The position numbers and the translations under genes are program-made. DNA of 64,000 bases from Moniliella sp. 'wahieum'. Its lineage: Eukaryota. Numbering within the stretch: the first letter of the stretch is position 1; every line of letters starts with the position of its first letter. The notes under the pieces were generated by a model. That model ran no database searches. It saw only the letters and a list, made by a program, of their open reading frames with translations, and had not been told where the DNA came from. This document shows, one piece after another, positions 14,697 to 25,137 of the stretch. The stretch spans positions 62,001 to 126,000 of the forward strand of contig RSEE01000079.1 of NCBI GenBank assembly GCA_003971905.1. The letters are read 5' to 3'.

Positions 14697-15511
14697 TGCG
14701 ATGGGTAGTTGGGTAGCCCCTATTCAGGTCTCTTTGGGGTTTTAACTGGTCTACAGGCGCAATGTTAATGTGGGTAATCAATGAAGCTTGAAAGAGCGAT
14801 ACCGGAAACTTAAGCCCTTGTACAAACCCTTTAGATCTTAGATCTTAGAACCTAAGCCTTAGGCCTTATACCAAGGACAGGGAAGGGAAGGAACCGATGC
14901 GTTGGGGGTAGAAGCAGAGCCGAGAACAGCATGATGTGCATAGATGTGGCTTTTCCGTGGGCTATGTGCGGAAAATAACACCAAGCCAGCCCAAGGGGCT
15001 GTATAAACATGTAAACGTTGTAAACGTGTTGCACAGCCCTGGTCGTACATTCCACAGCCGGCGGAGCAAACCTTAACGCGCAAAACGTAACGGGTAATAA
15101 AAGGGGACAGTGGCTCAGCCCCTGCCAATCCCGAAGTCGTCCAGTAACCGCAACGCGTAACCCCACTGGCAACATAGCATTACACACAGAGGGACCCTAC
15201 GGAAACTGAGTCACGCTTAGCGCTCAGCGAGCTCTCCCGTGGCTAGCACTATAAAGGTACCAGGCGCACTCAATCATCATGCACCCATGCTTCAAGCTTC
15301 AATAAAGCTAAACGGCCTGGAAGCCTAGGCATAACCGCGGTAGCCAGTAAAACGCCCACCGGATGTAGAAGCCCCCTTTGTACCCGTGTCTCTTTCGGCA
15401 GTCTTATCCCCACACCATTCCCTTTAAGGTGCGTTAAAAGCCGGTCAAAGACCCTGGCGGGTCTGCATGGGGCCTTGGAAGTCGGTGGATGATAATAAAA
15501 GAGAAAAAAAT

Positions 15512-15605
15512 CGACAACGACAGGACTCGAACCTGTGCAGGCAAAGCCTAATTGATAGTCACTAAAGAGTTCGAATCAATCCCCTAACCACTCGGGCACG
15601 TTGCC
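15512..15605 (-). tRNA. tRNA-Ser(CGA) with 13-nt intron (15557-15569)
   Basis: GGCAACG/CGTTGTC acceptor stem, D arm CCCGAGTGGTTAGGGG, anticodon arm ATTGA-TTCGAA[intron]A-TCAAT, long variable arm AGGC-TTT-GCCT, T arm ACAGG-TTCGAGT-CCTGT, G discriminator and a T7 Pol III terminator just downstream. Confidence 0.95.
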
Positions 15606-16455
15606 TAATTGCTGTTTCCGGCAGATTAAATGTAATTGGCCTACTCTAAGAGCTAATTCATAGTTGGTTCAACGTTCACCCGTTTTCAAAACAGGTACAG
15701 CGACACAGTGGAAGAAATATGGACAGCTCTACAAAAGCTCCCACATCAGTAGTGCCAGTGCAATGGTCTTGCACGTAACATGATCTCTTCATAGTGGCAA
15801 ACGTCAGAAGCAATGTGGATAGTATACACCCCAAACTGATGAACTTTGAATCCAACCCAGAGGTCGATTGTGATGGCAAAGTGCACAATCTGGCAAGTGT
15901 GTGTTGACGTACTTAGGACATGGTTGGTGGTGGCCAGCGCATCCTGTTGCTGCTAGAGACCATGGAATAAGGCTGCGCATAGCGGGGACTCAAACAGTGA
16001 CTAATAGGCAGATGTACCTGCTGGCCTGCGGGCACGGATGTCAACACCCAAATTGGAAGACTCCAGCGATCGACTTTCTTGACGCCTGCACCTGGCCACG
16101 TGGTGGGCCACAAAGAGGGAGAATTAGAGGCGCTGGGACTCCAAGCCTTCAGTAAAGCCGATCTTATTTTGACAATTCGATCAATCTGGTCATTGTTGTG
16201 GAGGCTTCTCCACTGTGCTACTACTCTTCCACGCATGACAATCAACTTGATCCTTCTTTTTGGCATGCCGCACACACACCTTTGCCCTAAAACCCAAGAG
16301 GTTCTACCTACACGAGAAAAAGATATCGCATCGTAGTAATCCACTCATATGATTGACCTAGCCGATCACCAGCGGGTGACAACCTAGTTTTGCATTGGCA
16401 CGATGCATGAATGCATGGGCCCAACAAGAGCTGCGGTGCAGCAGCAGAGGGGGAC

Positions 16456-16961
16456 TTAGCGACGACCGGCACCGGGCACGTGGCGACCACGCGTCGGGCT
16501 GAGCCGAGGTAATGGGCGCACCGACGGTAACGGGGAGCGAGGCAAAGCCGATTTCGCCCAGCATGGCCTTGGTGTCGGGGTCGACCTCGAGACCGCCGTT
16601 GGCCTCCGTGTCGAGGGGGCCGAGACCTCAGGGACGTATGGTCCTGGGGAGGGGTGTCAGTATACGGATATCCACAAGGGAGGTGTTGTGAAAGTGGCAG
16701 ATTATGGGGAGGGGGACGCACCTTGCGCTCACTCCTCCTCCTGGGCTTGAACGAGATGCCGCGAACGGGGCCCTGGCAATGCGCTTCATCAAGTGGTGGT
16801 GAAGCCAGCAATCTTGTTGCGCAGGCGCTTGGAGGGCACAATGGCCACCTCGTCGAGCACACGCTTGTGGTGTGGAAGTCGTTGGCGTTGAGCTTGGGGT
16901 AGTACTTCTCAATCAGCACCCGCGCCGCGCGCTTCGTCGTCTTGGTGCGAACACGACCCAT
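16456..16961 (-). CDS. RPS17: 40S ribosomal protein eS17 (intron 16644-16721; apparent frameshifts)
   Basis: [24 protein letters not shown]..., [28 protein letters not shown] and YVPEVSA read across frames; GTGCGT...CTGAC...CAG intron. Confidence 0.96.
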
Positions 16962-17086
16962 GTTGGTTTTGGTGGAAGAGGGGACGGACGGTGCCTAACC
17001 AGCTGGGGGCGAAGAGAGGCCATCCTGGGCCGCCTGCCGGGCGCAGTGAAATGTTCAGCGCAGCCAGCAGTGGCAGTGCGCCTGTG

Positions 17087-17145
17087 AACCCTAGTGGGGC
17101 ACGGCGCCCCAGCCCGGGCTTGCCGCAGCACCGCGCTAACCCTAC
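17087..17145. promoter_or_regulatory. Two AACCCTA elements in the RPS17/GLO2 divergent promoter
   Basis: AACCCTAG at 17087 and AACCCTAC at 17138, 125-185 bp upstream of the RPS17 ATG. Confidence 0.5.
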
Positions 17146-17549
17146 ATGTGCACGGGACCGCCTGTTCTCTGCGGCCCGCAAGCAGGCTGTCCCAGGCCTG
17201 GGGAGCTTGAAACTTGAACGTTCAGCTTGAAATGTGAACATATGAACCTCCAAAGCCCCGCCTTACGTCCGAGCCCAGCCCCATCTCCCACTAGTGCCAC
17301 GCGCTCGTCCACACGGGGCACTATTCCTCTGATGAGGTCATCGCCCTCGGTCGCTTGAGCTGCACTGGGATTATCGATCACCGATCAAACCGACCCGACC
17401 ATGCTTCAGGCCCAGGGATCCTGTGTGGGGCCGTGCGGGCGGGCCTGCCATCGGTGGAATTTGGGTCGAAGTGCTGAGGTTCAGCCCACACACGCTCAAC
17501 CGATGCCTTGCTGCCATCCCACCGACCACCACCACCCGCATCCACAAGC

Positions 17550-18594
17550 ATGAAGGTGTGCCTGTTCTTGTGCGCGAAGACAAAACTTGCGTATCTGATC
17601 ATCGACGATCACCTGGACGCGGGCTCGGCGATGCTGGTGGACCCATACGACCTGCCCAAGGTCGAGACTGCGCCAGCACGTGGCGTCCACAAGTTTCTGG
17701 GGATCCTTACGACACACCGTACGTACGCTCATGCGCGCCCTTCTTTCCCCCCCTCCGCTCTCCTCAACCTTTTGGGGACTTTTGGATGGGCCTTTTGGAT
17801 GGCCTTTCGGTTGACCTGTTCTAACCCTCTTTTTCCTCCTTATGATTGGCAGACCACTACGACCATGCTGGTGGCAACCGGCACTTTGTACGTTGGGTCC
17901 CCGTCTGCCTCTTACATTTCGTTGCGTTGCGGGGACTATACTAACAGACCGACTTCGCACCTACCTATTCCCTCTCCACGTTACGTTCCCCCTCTAGGCG
18001 CGAAAGCACCCGCATGCGCGATCTACGGTTGGCTCTACCTCGGTCGAGGCGGGTGAGCGAGTGAGGGGTGTGACGTCCAACACGCCCTTTCGACTGCAAG
18101 AAGGGTCCTCGATTGAGGTGGTACCACTAGCTACGCCGTGTCACACGCAAGATTCGATCTGTTACTTTGTCACTGACACGAAGGACGGCCATCGCGCCGT
18201 GTTTACGGGGGACACGTTGTTCATCTCGGGCTGTGGCCGGTTCTTTGAAGGCACAGCGGAGCAGATGCTTGGTTCGCTCCGTACGCTCACAGCGTTGCCA
18301 CCGGATACGTTGGTCTACTGTGGCCACGAGTACACGCGTTCCAACGTTGCCTTTAGTCGGGGGGTGATCCCGCTTCGTCCGGCGGTGCAAGCGCTGGTAG
18401 CGGACGTGCGGCAAGGCCGGAACAATGGGGTGTTTACCGGGGTGTACACGATGGCGCAAGAACGGGAGCACAACCCGTTTCTGCTCACGATGGATGAGGA
18501 GGTGCAAGCTGCGATGCAGACCTCGACCGAGGTGGCGACCCTTGACGCCCTGCGTACCGCCAAGAACCAAAACCGGTTCTGTGCCCCAGTTTGA
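17550..18594 (+). CDS. GLO2: Hydroxyacylglutathione hydrolase (glyoxalase II); introns 17719-17852 and about 17888-17997
   Basis: Splicing restores the metal-binding motif THHHYDHAGGN. Also TPCHTQDSICY, VFTGDTLFISGCGRFFEG, VYCGHEYT and EREHNPFL. Confidence 0.93.
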
Positions 18595-18796
18595 TTTACA
18601 CGTAACGTTCGCTCCCTTCGCTTCCGCGCCCCAATCTCACACATACACATGAAGCTTCCTGACTGCCCTCCCTCCTCCCCCACGTAGGCCACGCGTTTTC
18701 CTCTATCGGTCTGGGTGTCTGATAATATCTGCGAGTACCTGCGGGTGTCTGCGCGTACGTGCGGAGTAAGATGTACAAACGAAGGGGTATTATATA

Positions 18797-21248
18797 TCAG
18801 TCTAGCGGAGCTGTGAGGGAAGGGGGGGGAGAAGGGAAAGGATGGGAAGGGAAGGCCAAAGGCAAAGGCAAAGGCAAAACAAAAAGCAAATCGGACGAAG
18901 GGAGTGAGGGATGATCGATGACGATGAGGCCTGTGGGGGCGGTCGGAGGAGGCGTAGATCGACAGCCACAAAAGGCCCAAACCAACCTCCAACCCCAAAC
19001 CAAAACCAAAACCAAAACCGATAACGATAACGATAACGATAGCGGGAAAGATAGCGATAGCGATAGCGATGACGATGACGATGACGAAAAGCACAGCGAG
19101 CGGGAGAGGGTATGATGAGAAGCGCAGAACCCTAAGCGCCTTGAGTTGGGGGAAAGTAGGGAGAGGAAGCCATCACCGCAAAACCGCGAAACCGGGGAAA
19201 CCAAAAGGATTAGTGGGAGGGGGGACGGGGAGGGGGGGGGGGGGGGGGGGGGGACACAGGAGCAATTAAGGATGCTGATAGCTAAGTAGGGAATACGGTT
19301 ACCGACCTGCGCCTCTGCGGAACATGGTCCGGAGAGAGGTGGAGGAAGCAGTGTGGCGACTACGTGCCAGGGGCGGGCCAGGGGGTACACCCAACGTAGT
19401 AGGAAGCATGGTGGACGTTGTCGTCGCCGGCCCTGGCCCAAGCCCCGGTCCAAGAGGCGAAGAAGCATAAGGCGAAGAGGCAGAAGGAGAAGGAGAAGCA
19501 GAAGGAGAAAGTGGAGAAGAATGAGAAAAGGGCGCGCGCAACCGATGGGCCTCGTGGTCCCGCCAAAGGAACGATTCGCTTGCGCGGTGGCGGAGGTGGG
19601 GGGGGGGCTCGGCGCCATGGTAGATGATGGTGGTGGGTGGGGTGGTTGGGGAGGCAACCGTGTTGATGGCTGGACAGTGGGCCCAGGGGTCAACGCAGCT
19701 GCAGACGCCGGGACAGGCGCAAGTCCAGATGTAACTCCTTTCGAAAGGAGAGCATCCGTCGTACTGTCCGCGACATCAAGTTGGGCACCTTTTCATCGTT
19801 GGGCAAGGGCGAGGAAAGTTGTGAGGGATGCGGGTGTGCCCTCAGCCATGGTACCTTTTTGAACGATGGGAGAAGGAGAGGGAGAGGGAGAAGGAGAAGA
19901 GCAAGCAGCGGTCTCTTTTGCTGATGGCACGGGAGGGGAGCAAGGAGGAGATCGAGAGGGCACCATCTTACCCGACGCGGTCCGAGCGGGAAAAACAGTT
20001 GACGTGGGGGCGGAGGGGGTGGAGCGGACGGTGGCGCGGCTGAGCGCGCTTCTGGGACGGTTCCATGGTCGCCTGCGGAAGCTTGGAGCCATTGGGCCAA
20101 CAAGTCCGAGTGCAACGCGTCCCTCGTTCCTCCTCCCTCGCCTCGGCCTCGAAACCCAAGGGGGGAGGAAGGATCGGCAGCTCTCATGCAGTCCCATGAA
20201 GAAGGACAAGCAGAGACAGAAGACGCAGAGGACGAAGGCGAAGAAAACGAAGCAGGTGGGACAAGCCGAGCAGGGTGGTTGCGGGTCGGACGAAGGCTTT
20301 CGTGACTCATACTTGGTCGGACGCCCAACGACAATCCTGATCTTGGTCCTGTCCCTGACCTGGGCCCCAACGTCGATCCTGGCCCAGGCCCAGCAGAAGA
20401 CCGCCCACGGTACTGAGCCTGCAACCGCTCTTGCAACCGATCCAACGATTGCCCCACCTCGTCCTCCGAGCCCGCCGAGCGCTCATCTGCATCGGACTCG
20501 GATCCGAGCAGGTGAACTTCGCCCCGGAGCCAATCAATGCTTTCCAACACTTCTTGGCGCGACAGCTGCTTGGCCAAGGAGGCACCAGGCGGGCGGGTGC
20601 GGGAAGAAGATGGTCAGCCAGACTCGTCGGGGACAAGGACGAGGATGAATGGGACCGTGGCATGTCGGGAGCGGGGGGCAGAGGGCCCACCACGCCGCTG
20701 CCATTCGAGCGGGATGGTGATGACGGGAACGCGGGGTGGTACTGAGAACGAGGCCGAGTGGCTCGGTCGCAGGAGACGGTGTTGGGGCGGGTGGAGGGGG
20801 TGCGATTCGGAGGGGGTGGGTCAAAGGGCGACTCGCCCCTGCCGGCCTCAGGGATGGGGAAAATGGTGAGATTGCGAGGGTGGTCGAGCGGGGAAGGGCG
20901 TCCGGCGCGGCGGGAGGGTGGGACACTGTATTTGCGGGTGGACAGGTTGGGGGGAGAAGCCGGGTGTGGTGGGGCTGGGACTGGGGCTGGGAGGCAGGTA
21001 AGGCCCGGGCCAGAAGGCAGAGGAGAGAGAAGTGCCTCCTGCTCCTCTTCCAGCTCGTGATTCTGTTCCTTGCTGGGCTCTAGTCCGTCGAGGGTGATGG
21101 CGGATTCGACGGTAGAGCTACGGGAGGCGTGAGTGGCGGTGCTGGCGGTGCTGGTGAAGCTGCGGTCGGACCAGGCGGTAGAGGTGCCAGGCGGGACGGA
21201 GAGGCGAGCAGCGGGATGGCCGTAGGATATGGACACGGACATGTCCAT
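18797..21248 (-). CDS. Hypothetical Ser/Pro-rich low-complexity protein (frameshifted; 3' end uncertain)
   Basis: Chain of long overlapping minus-strand ORFs starting at CACCATGG (MDMSVSISYGHP...), with a short helical segment LSRQEVLESIDWLRGEVHLL. No recognised domain. Confidence 0.5.
18855..19086. repeat. Compound hexanucleotide microsatellites (GGCAAA)n, (AAAACC)n, (GATAAC)n, (GATAGC)n, (GATGAC)n
   Basis: Directly visible tandem 6-mers. Confidence 0.85.
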
Positions 21249-21597
21249 GGTGAGTGCGGGGTAAGGGGGTCAGGGGGTAGGAGGATGAAAGGGCGTGGGG
21301 TGCGATGGGAGAATGGGTGGCAAGGGGTACGGGAGGAAGGGAGGACAGAAGGACAGAACCGCAGCCGACGGACGAGGCTGCAACGGAGAGGGGCAAAGCG
21401 TAGCGCAGCGCCAAGGGGAAGGAGGGCGCCCAGGTGAGCGCTGAGCCCGCGCAGGGGTGGGAAGGACGGGGAGATGGAGAGGAGAAAGGAAGCGAGCGAC
21501 TCTGGTATTCGACGGTATCAACCCAACTGTGGTGCAATCGCGGTCGAGGCTTGCGCACCTCGGCCCAGCGCTGAGAGCTCGGCGCGATGGCACAGCG

Positions 21598-23312
21598 TCA
21601 CTCGTCACCGGTCACCAATCATTCATCACGCATCATTACATCATTGCTCATTTGTCCTTGCGACATCGAATTCATCGATCGTAGACCATCGTGCGGGAGA
21701 GGGTTGTCGAAGAGCCTGGAGCTATGTAGCGTGGGCTCAGTACAATAGTACCAACAGATGAACATGGGATGGATGAACTGACACATGGTACCGGCCGTAG
21801 CGGGCACCCCAGCCCTCTGTCTGCGCCATACTGAGGCTCGCACTCAGTCGCAGTGCGCAGACTCAGAGCACTCGTACGCTCAGGGGACTCGGTCTGCGTC
21901 CTCGTGCGACTCGACTCGGCCTCCAGGGACCAGACCCAGACAGGACACCAGACACCATGAAATACACCGTGCACCACAGCGCTACCTCCCAGGGTTTGCC
22001 AGGGCACATCATATATCATACATCGCTCATCCGTTTCTGACGCCCAGGCCACCAATCAGTAACTCAGTAGTACTCGGCGCACTCAGCGTCATGAACCTCA
22101 CGAATCTCACGGTGCATGATCGATGGTCTCATGATCGATGATCTCATGGTGCACAGATATTGGATCCCATCCATTGCACGACAGCGACACATCGTATCTC
22201 AGATCTCACGCGTCATACGTCACATACGCCACCTGTCACACGTCACACATGTCACACGTCAAATGTCCTACTTCTCAGATCTCACCGCCTCGTGTGTCCT
22301 GCCGCCTGCATCCGCCTGCACCCTCCTGCGCCCCGATGGAGTACCAGGGCGCAGTTACCGGTTAGCTAGGTACCCAGGATTCTTATATCCATAACTCAGA
22401 GCGCTGAGAGCGGGCAGTGCGGTGAGCGCGGGCAGTGCATCTTGCCTTTTGTATCGGCTTTTGCATCGCCTTGTGTCCTTCAAGCTTCAAGCTTCAAGCT
22501 TCAAGTGAAGCTTCATCCGCTTGGATCGCACCGCACTCTCCTCCGCCCATCGAGACCAACCCCGCACATGTGGGTGAATTGAACTGTCGGTGGCGGTGGC
22601 GACAGCCTGCGACGAGCCCTAACCACCACTGGCCCCATGCTGCCTGTATTATCTCAGATCTCAGATTTCAGATCTCAGATCTCAGATTTCTCAGAGTTGA
22701 GATCTGAGAGAGCTGTGAGCTTGGGCTCAGCCTCAGCGCTCACAATGCCACGGCCACAGGCGTACGGCCGTCGCCAGCAGTCTCCAGCTGGACCGGAGGC
22801 ACAGCCTGATCTGAGAGCAGCCTGAACGCCTGAGCCTGCGCCCTCCGGCTGAGCGCTGCTTGAGGGCGCGAACGGAGGAGCAGGAGCGGCCTGGAAGGTT
22901 GGAGCGGCCTGGAAGGTTGGAGCGGCCGCGGCCATTTTTAAAGCAGGGTGCGGTGCAAGCACATGGTGCATGGCCCCCGATCACATGATCGATCATCGAT
23001 CATCGATCGTCTGCGAAGGGGTCTATACGCGCTACGTAGACTCGACTGGACTGGGAGATTTCGGAGGACTGGAGGACTCGGGGACTCGGAGACGTGGGGG
23101 CTGGGGTGGCCGGTGGCCGGTGGCGGTGGGGGGAGAGAGTGGGACAAAAGCGCGATCGGCAGGGATTCCAAGATTGGGCTGGGTGTTGCTTGTGTTGCAC
23201 TTACTCCTGAACCTCAGGACCATCGATCATCCTCTGCATCCAGTAAGAGCTAGAGCTAAGACGATGGCGCAGCTCGTGTTCGATCGAAATCATCGTCGAT
23301 GATCGATGATCG
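21598..23312. repeat. Dense cluster of 7-bp-period (TNA+palindrome) arrays
   Basis: (TCA-AGCT)3 at 22480, (TCA-GATC)n at 22654-22707, (TCA-TCGA)n at 22986-23009 and mixed-core TCA arrays at 21598 and 22199. Confidence 0.9.
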
Positions 23313-25137
23313 GTGGCCATGAACGGTCAAGCTCACGCGGGGATCATCTTATCTTCGGCGAGGTTGGGAAGAATCTCTGGAAGCCGGGCGAAGCAGTGCC
23401 TAAGCCTGCAAAGCCTGCAAAGCATGCAAGGCCTGAGGCTTTTCAGGGCTTGACGCTGAAACTGGAAGCTCGAAGGTGGTGCCAAATTTCAAACGCCAAC
23501 CCTTGTCCAAGAGAATAGAGAGAGACAGCTCTGCTGCATGCTGTGGCTCTTTGAGATCGATGTTCGATTTAAAAGCTTTGTGCGCCGCGGCCCCGTTCCG
23601 CTTCTGTTCCGCCCCTCCTTGTTGCGCCTCCAGGCTGCCTTCGCCGGATTGCTTCGCCACCACTTCCTTCCCTGCCTTGCTCGCCTCCCATAAGCTTAAG
23701 ATATAAGGTCCAAGGTCAAGCGAGCAATCTTCAGCAACTTCTGGTTGGGTCAGGCCGCCTGGGTCCAACGTCTCTTACTAATGTGATGAACCTATAGAGC
23801 TAGCGGTTCAAGTCACAAGTCGCATATCAGGTAACGAAGACGATATATTTGGGAGAGCTACTGGTAGCTGTGGGTCCGCTGTGGCCTACTTTTTGCGCTC
23901 ATAAAAGCTCTTCGGTACCTTCAGTCGTATGACATAAAGCCTAAGAGGAGAGGATATACGATGATGGTGGAAGAGACCACGAGTTATCGACTATAGCCCT
24001 GAGAGTCGTATAGGAAAGATGCAAATCCGGAACAAGGAATAGATAGGGAAGCAGTGGTACGCAGAGAGGGTTTGAGAAACAGGACCGATACGGAGGAACA
24101 CACACTGGTAGTAAAGCTTCAAAAGCATATGGGATACACTATTATCTACAGACTACCGAACGAGAGACAGACATCGATTGCTCCTTCCCCACATACCAAG
24201 TACACCGGGTGAGAGATCGGCGATTGAATCTTCTTGAAAGCATGGGAAATGACCTGGAAAAGATCGCATGCGTGTATCAAAACAGCTGTGTTGTATTATA
24301 GGAAAAGGTGTTAGCACCGCACTAGTTAGGAGTTTCGAGCATGCGAAAAAACATGTAGCTTAGCAACTTGTTGACGAAATCATGGAGGGGTAGCTTATTA
24401 GCGCTTCCTGACTACATGCTTCCCCGCCCACAAAAGTTAATCCCCAATTCCACAGGTTGGCCTGTGTCTCATCGATCCATCAGCGCAATGATGGTTAAAC
24501 GTTAATGGCACCCCCCAGCTGCAATTCGACAGAACTCGCAACAACGTTTCCTGGTACCTATACCCCCACTTCCGTCGCTACCGCCTCCACTACCCACACC
24601 GTCATAGCAGCTTCTCACCGCTGACTGCCTCAACCGCATGCACTATAGGCTCGGTGGATACAGCAGCAGAGAGGCTGTTGTGGTCGAAAACGGTGCGTGG
24701 ATGGCCCATACCAACGAGGAGGTTCGTGTGGCCAACTGGGATGGATGGTGATGGCGGTGCGGATGGTGGTTCGGGTACCGAGGTCAGCACCGCCATGCGA
24801 CAGAGATCGTCCGAAGCGATGCCGCGCTTGGAGGGGGGGTGTTTTTGTTGGTGGTGGGACGGGGAACGTGTGCAACCAACCCTCCCGCGTTGTCCAGGCA
24901 TGGCCCAGCAGGCAAAGTTTCAGCATTGCAATGCCGGTGCCTTAGGTAAGGGGTGGCCGGTGACCGGTGAGGGAAGGCAGGATGCGCTGGGCAGAAAAAA
25001 ATATTTTCTGGACGCAGAGAAACGCAGCCGCTCGTTAAAACCAAAACAATCCTGTCCTGCCTCCTGCTCGTCTGTCCCTCTGACCCTCGGCCTGGCCACG
25101 ATGCACACCACCCTCTAAGCCCAGCGCACCAACTGCC

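Noticed and set aside
19232..19253. Poly-G tracts (also about 1372, 41257, 47717, 47836) as functional G-quadruplexes
   Set aside because: Homopolymer lengths are unreliable in this assembly and there is no positional pattern beyond introns and UTRs.
22480..22515. Runs of restriction-enzyme sites (HindIII, BglII, ClaI, ScaI, StuI etc.) as vector polylinker contamination
   Set aside because: They are tandem copies of one site with 1-nt spacers, degenerate, and scattered through many intergenic regions with no vector backbone.
23400..24150. LTR plus gag-like ORF (23400-23768, minus strand)
   Set aside because: No ATG start, no PBS, no exact TSD and no zinc-knuckle or RT motifs.
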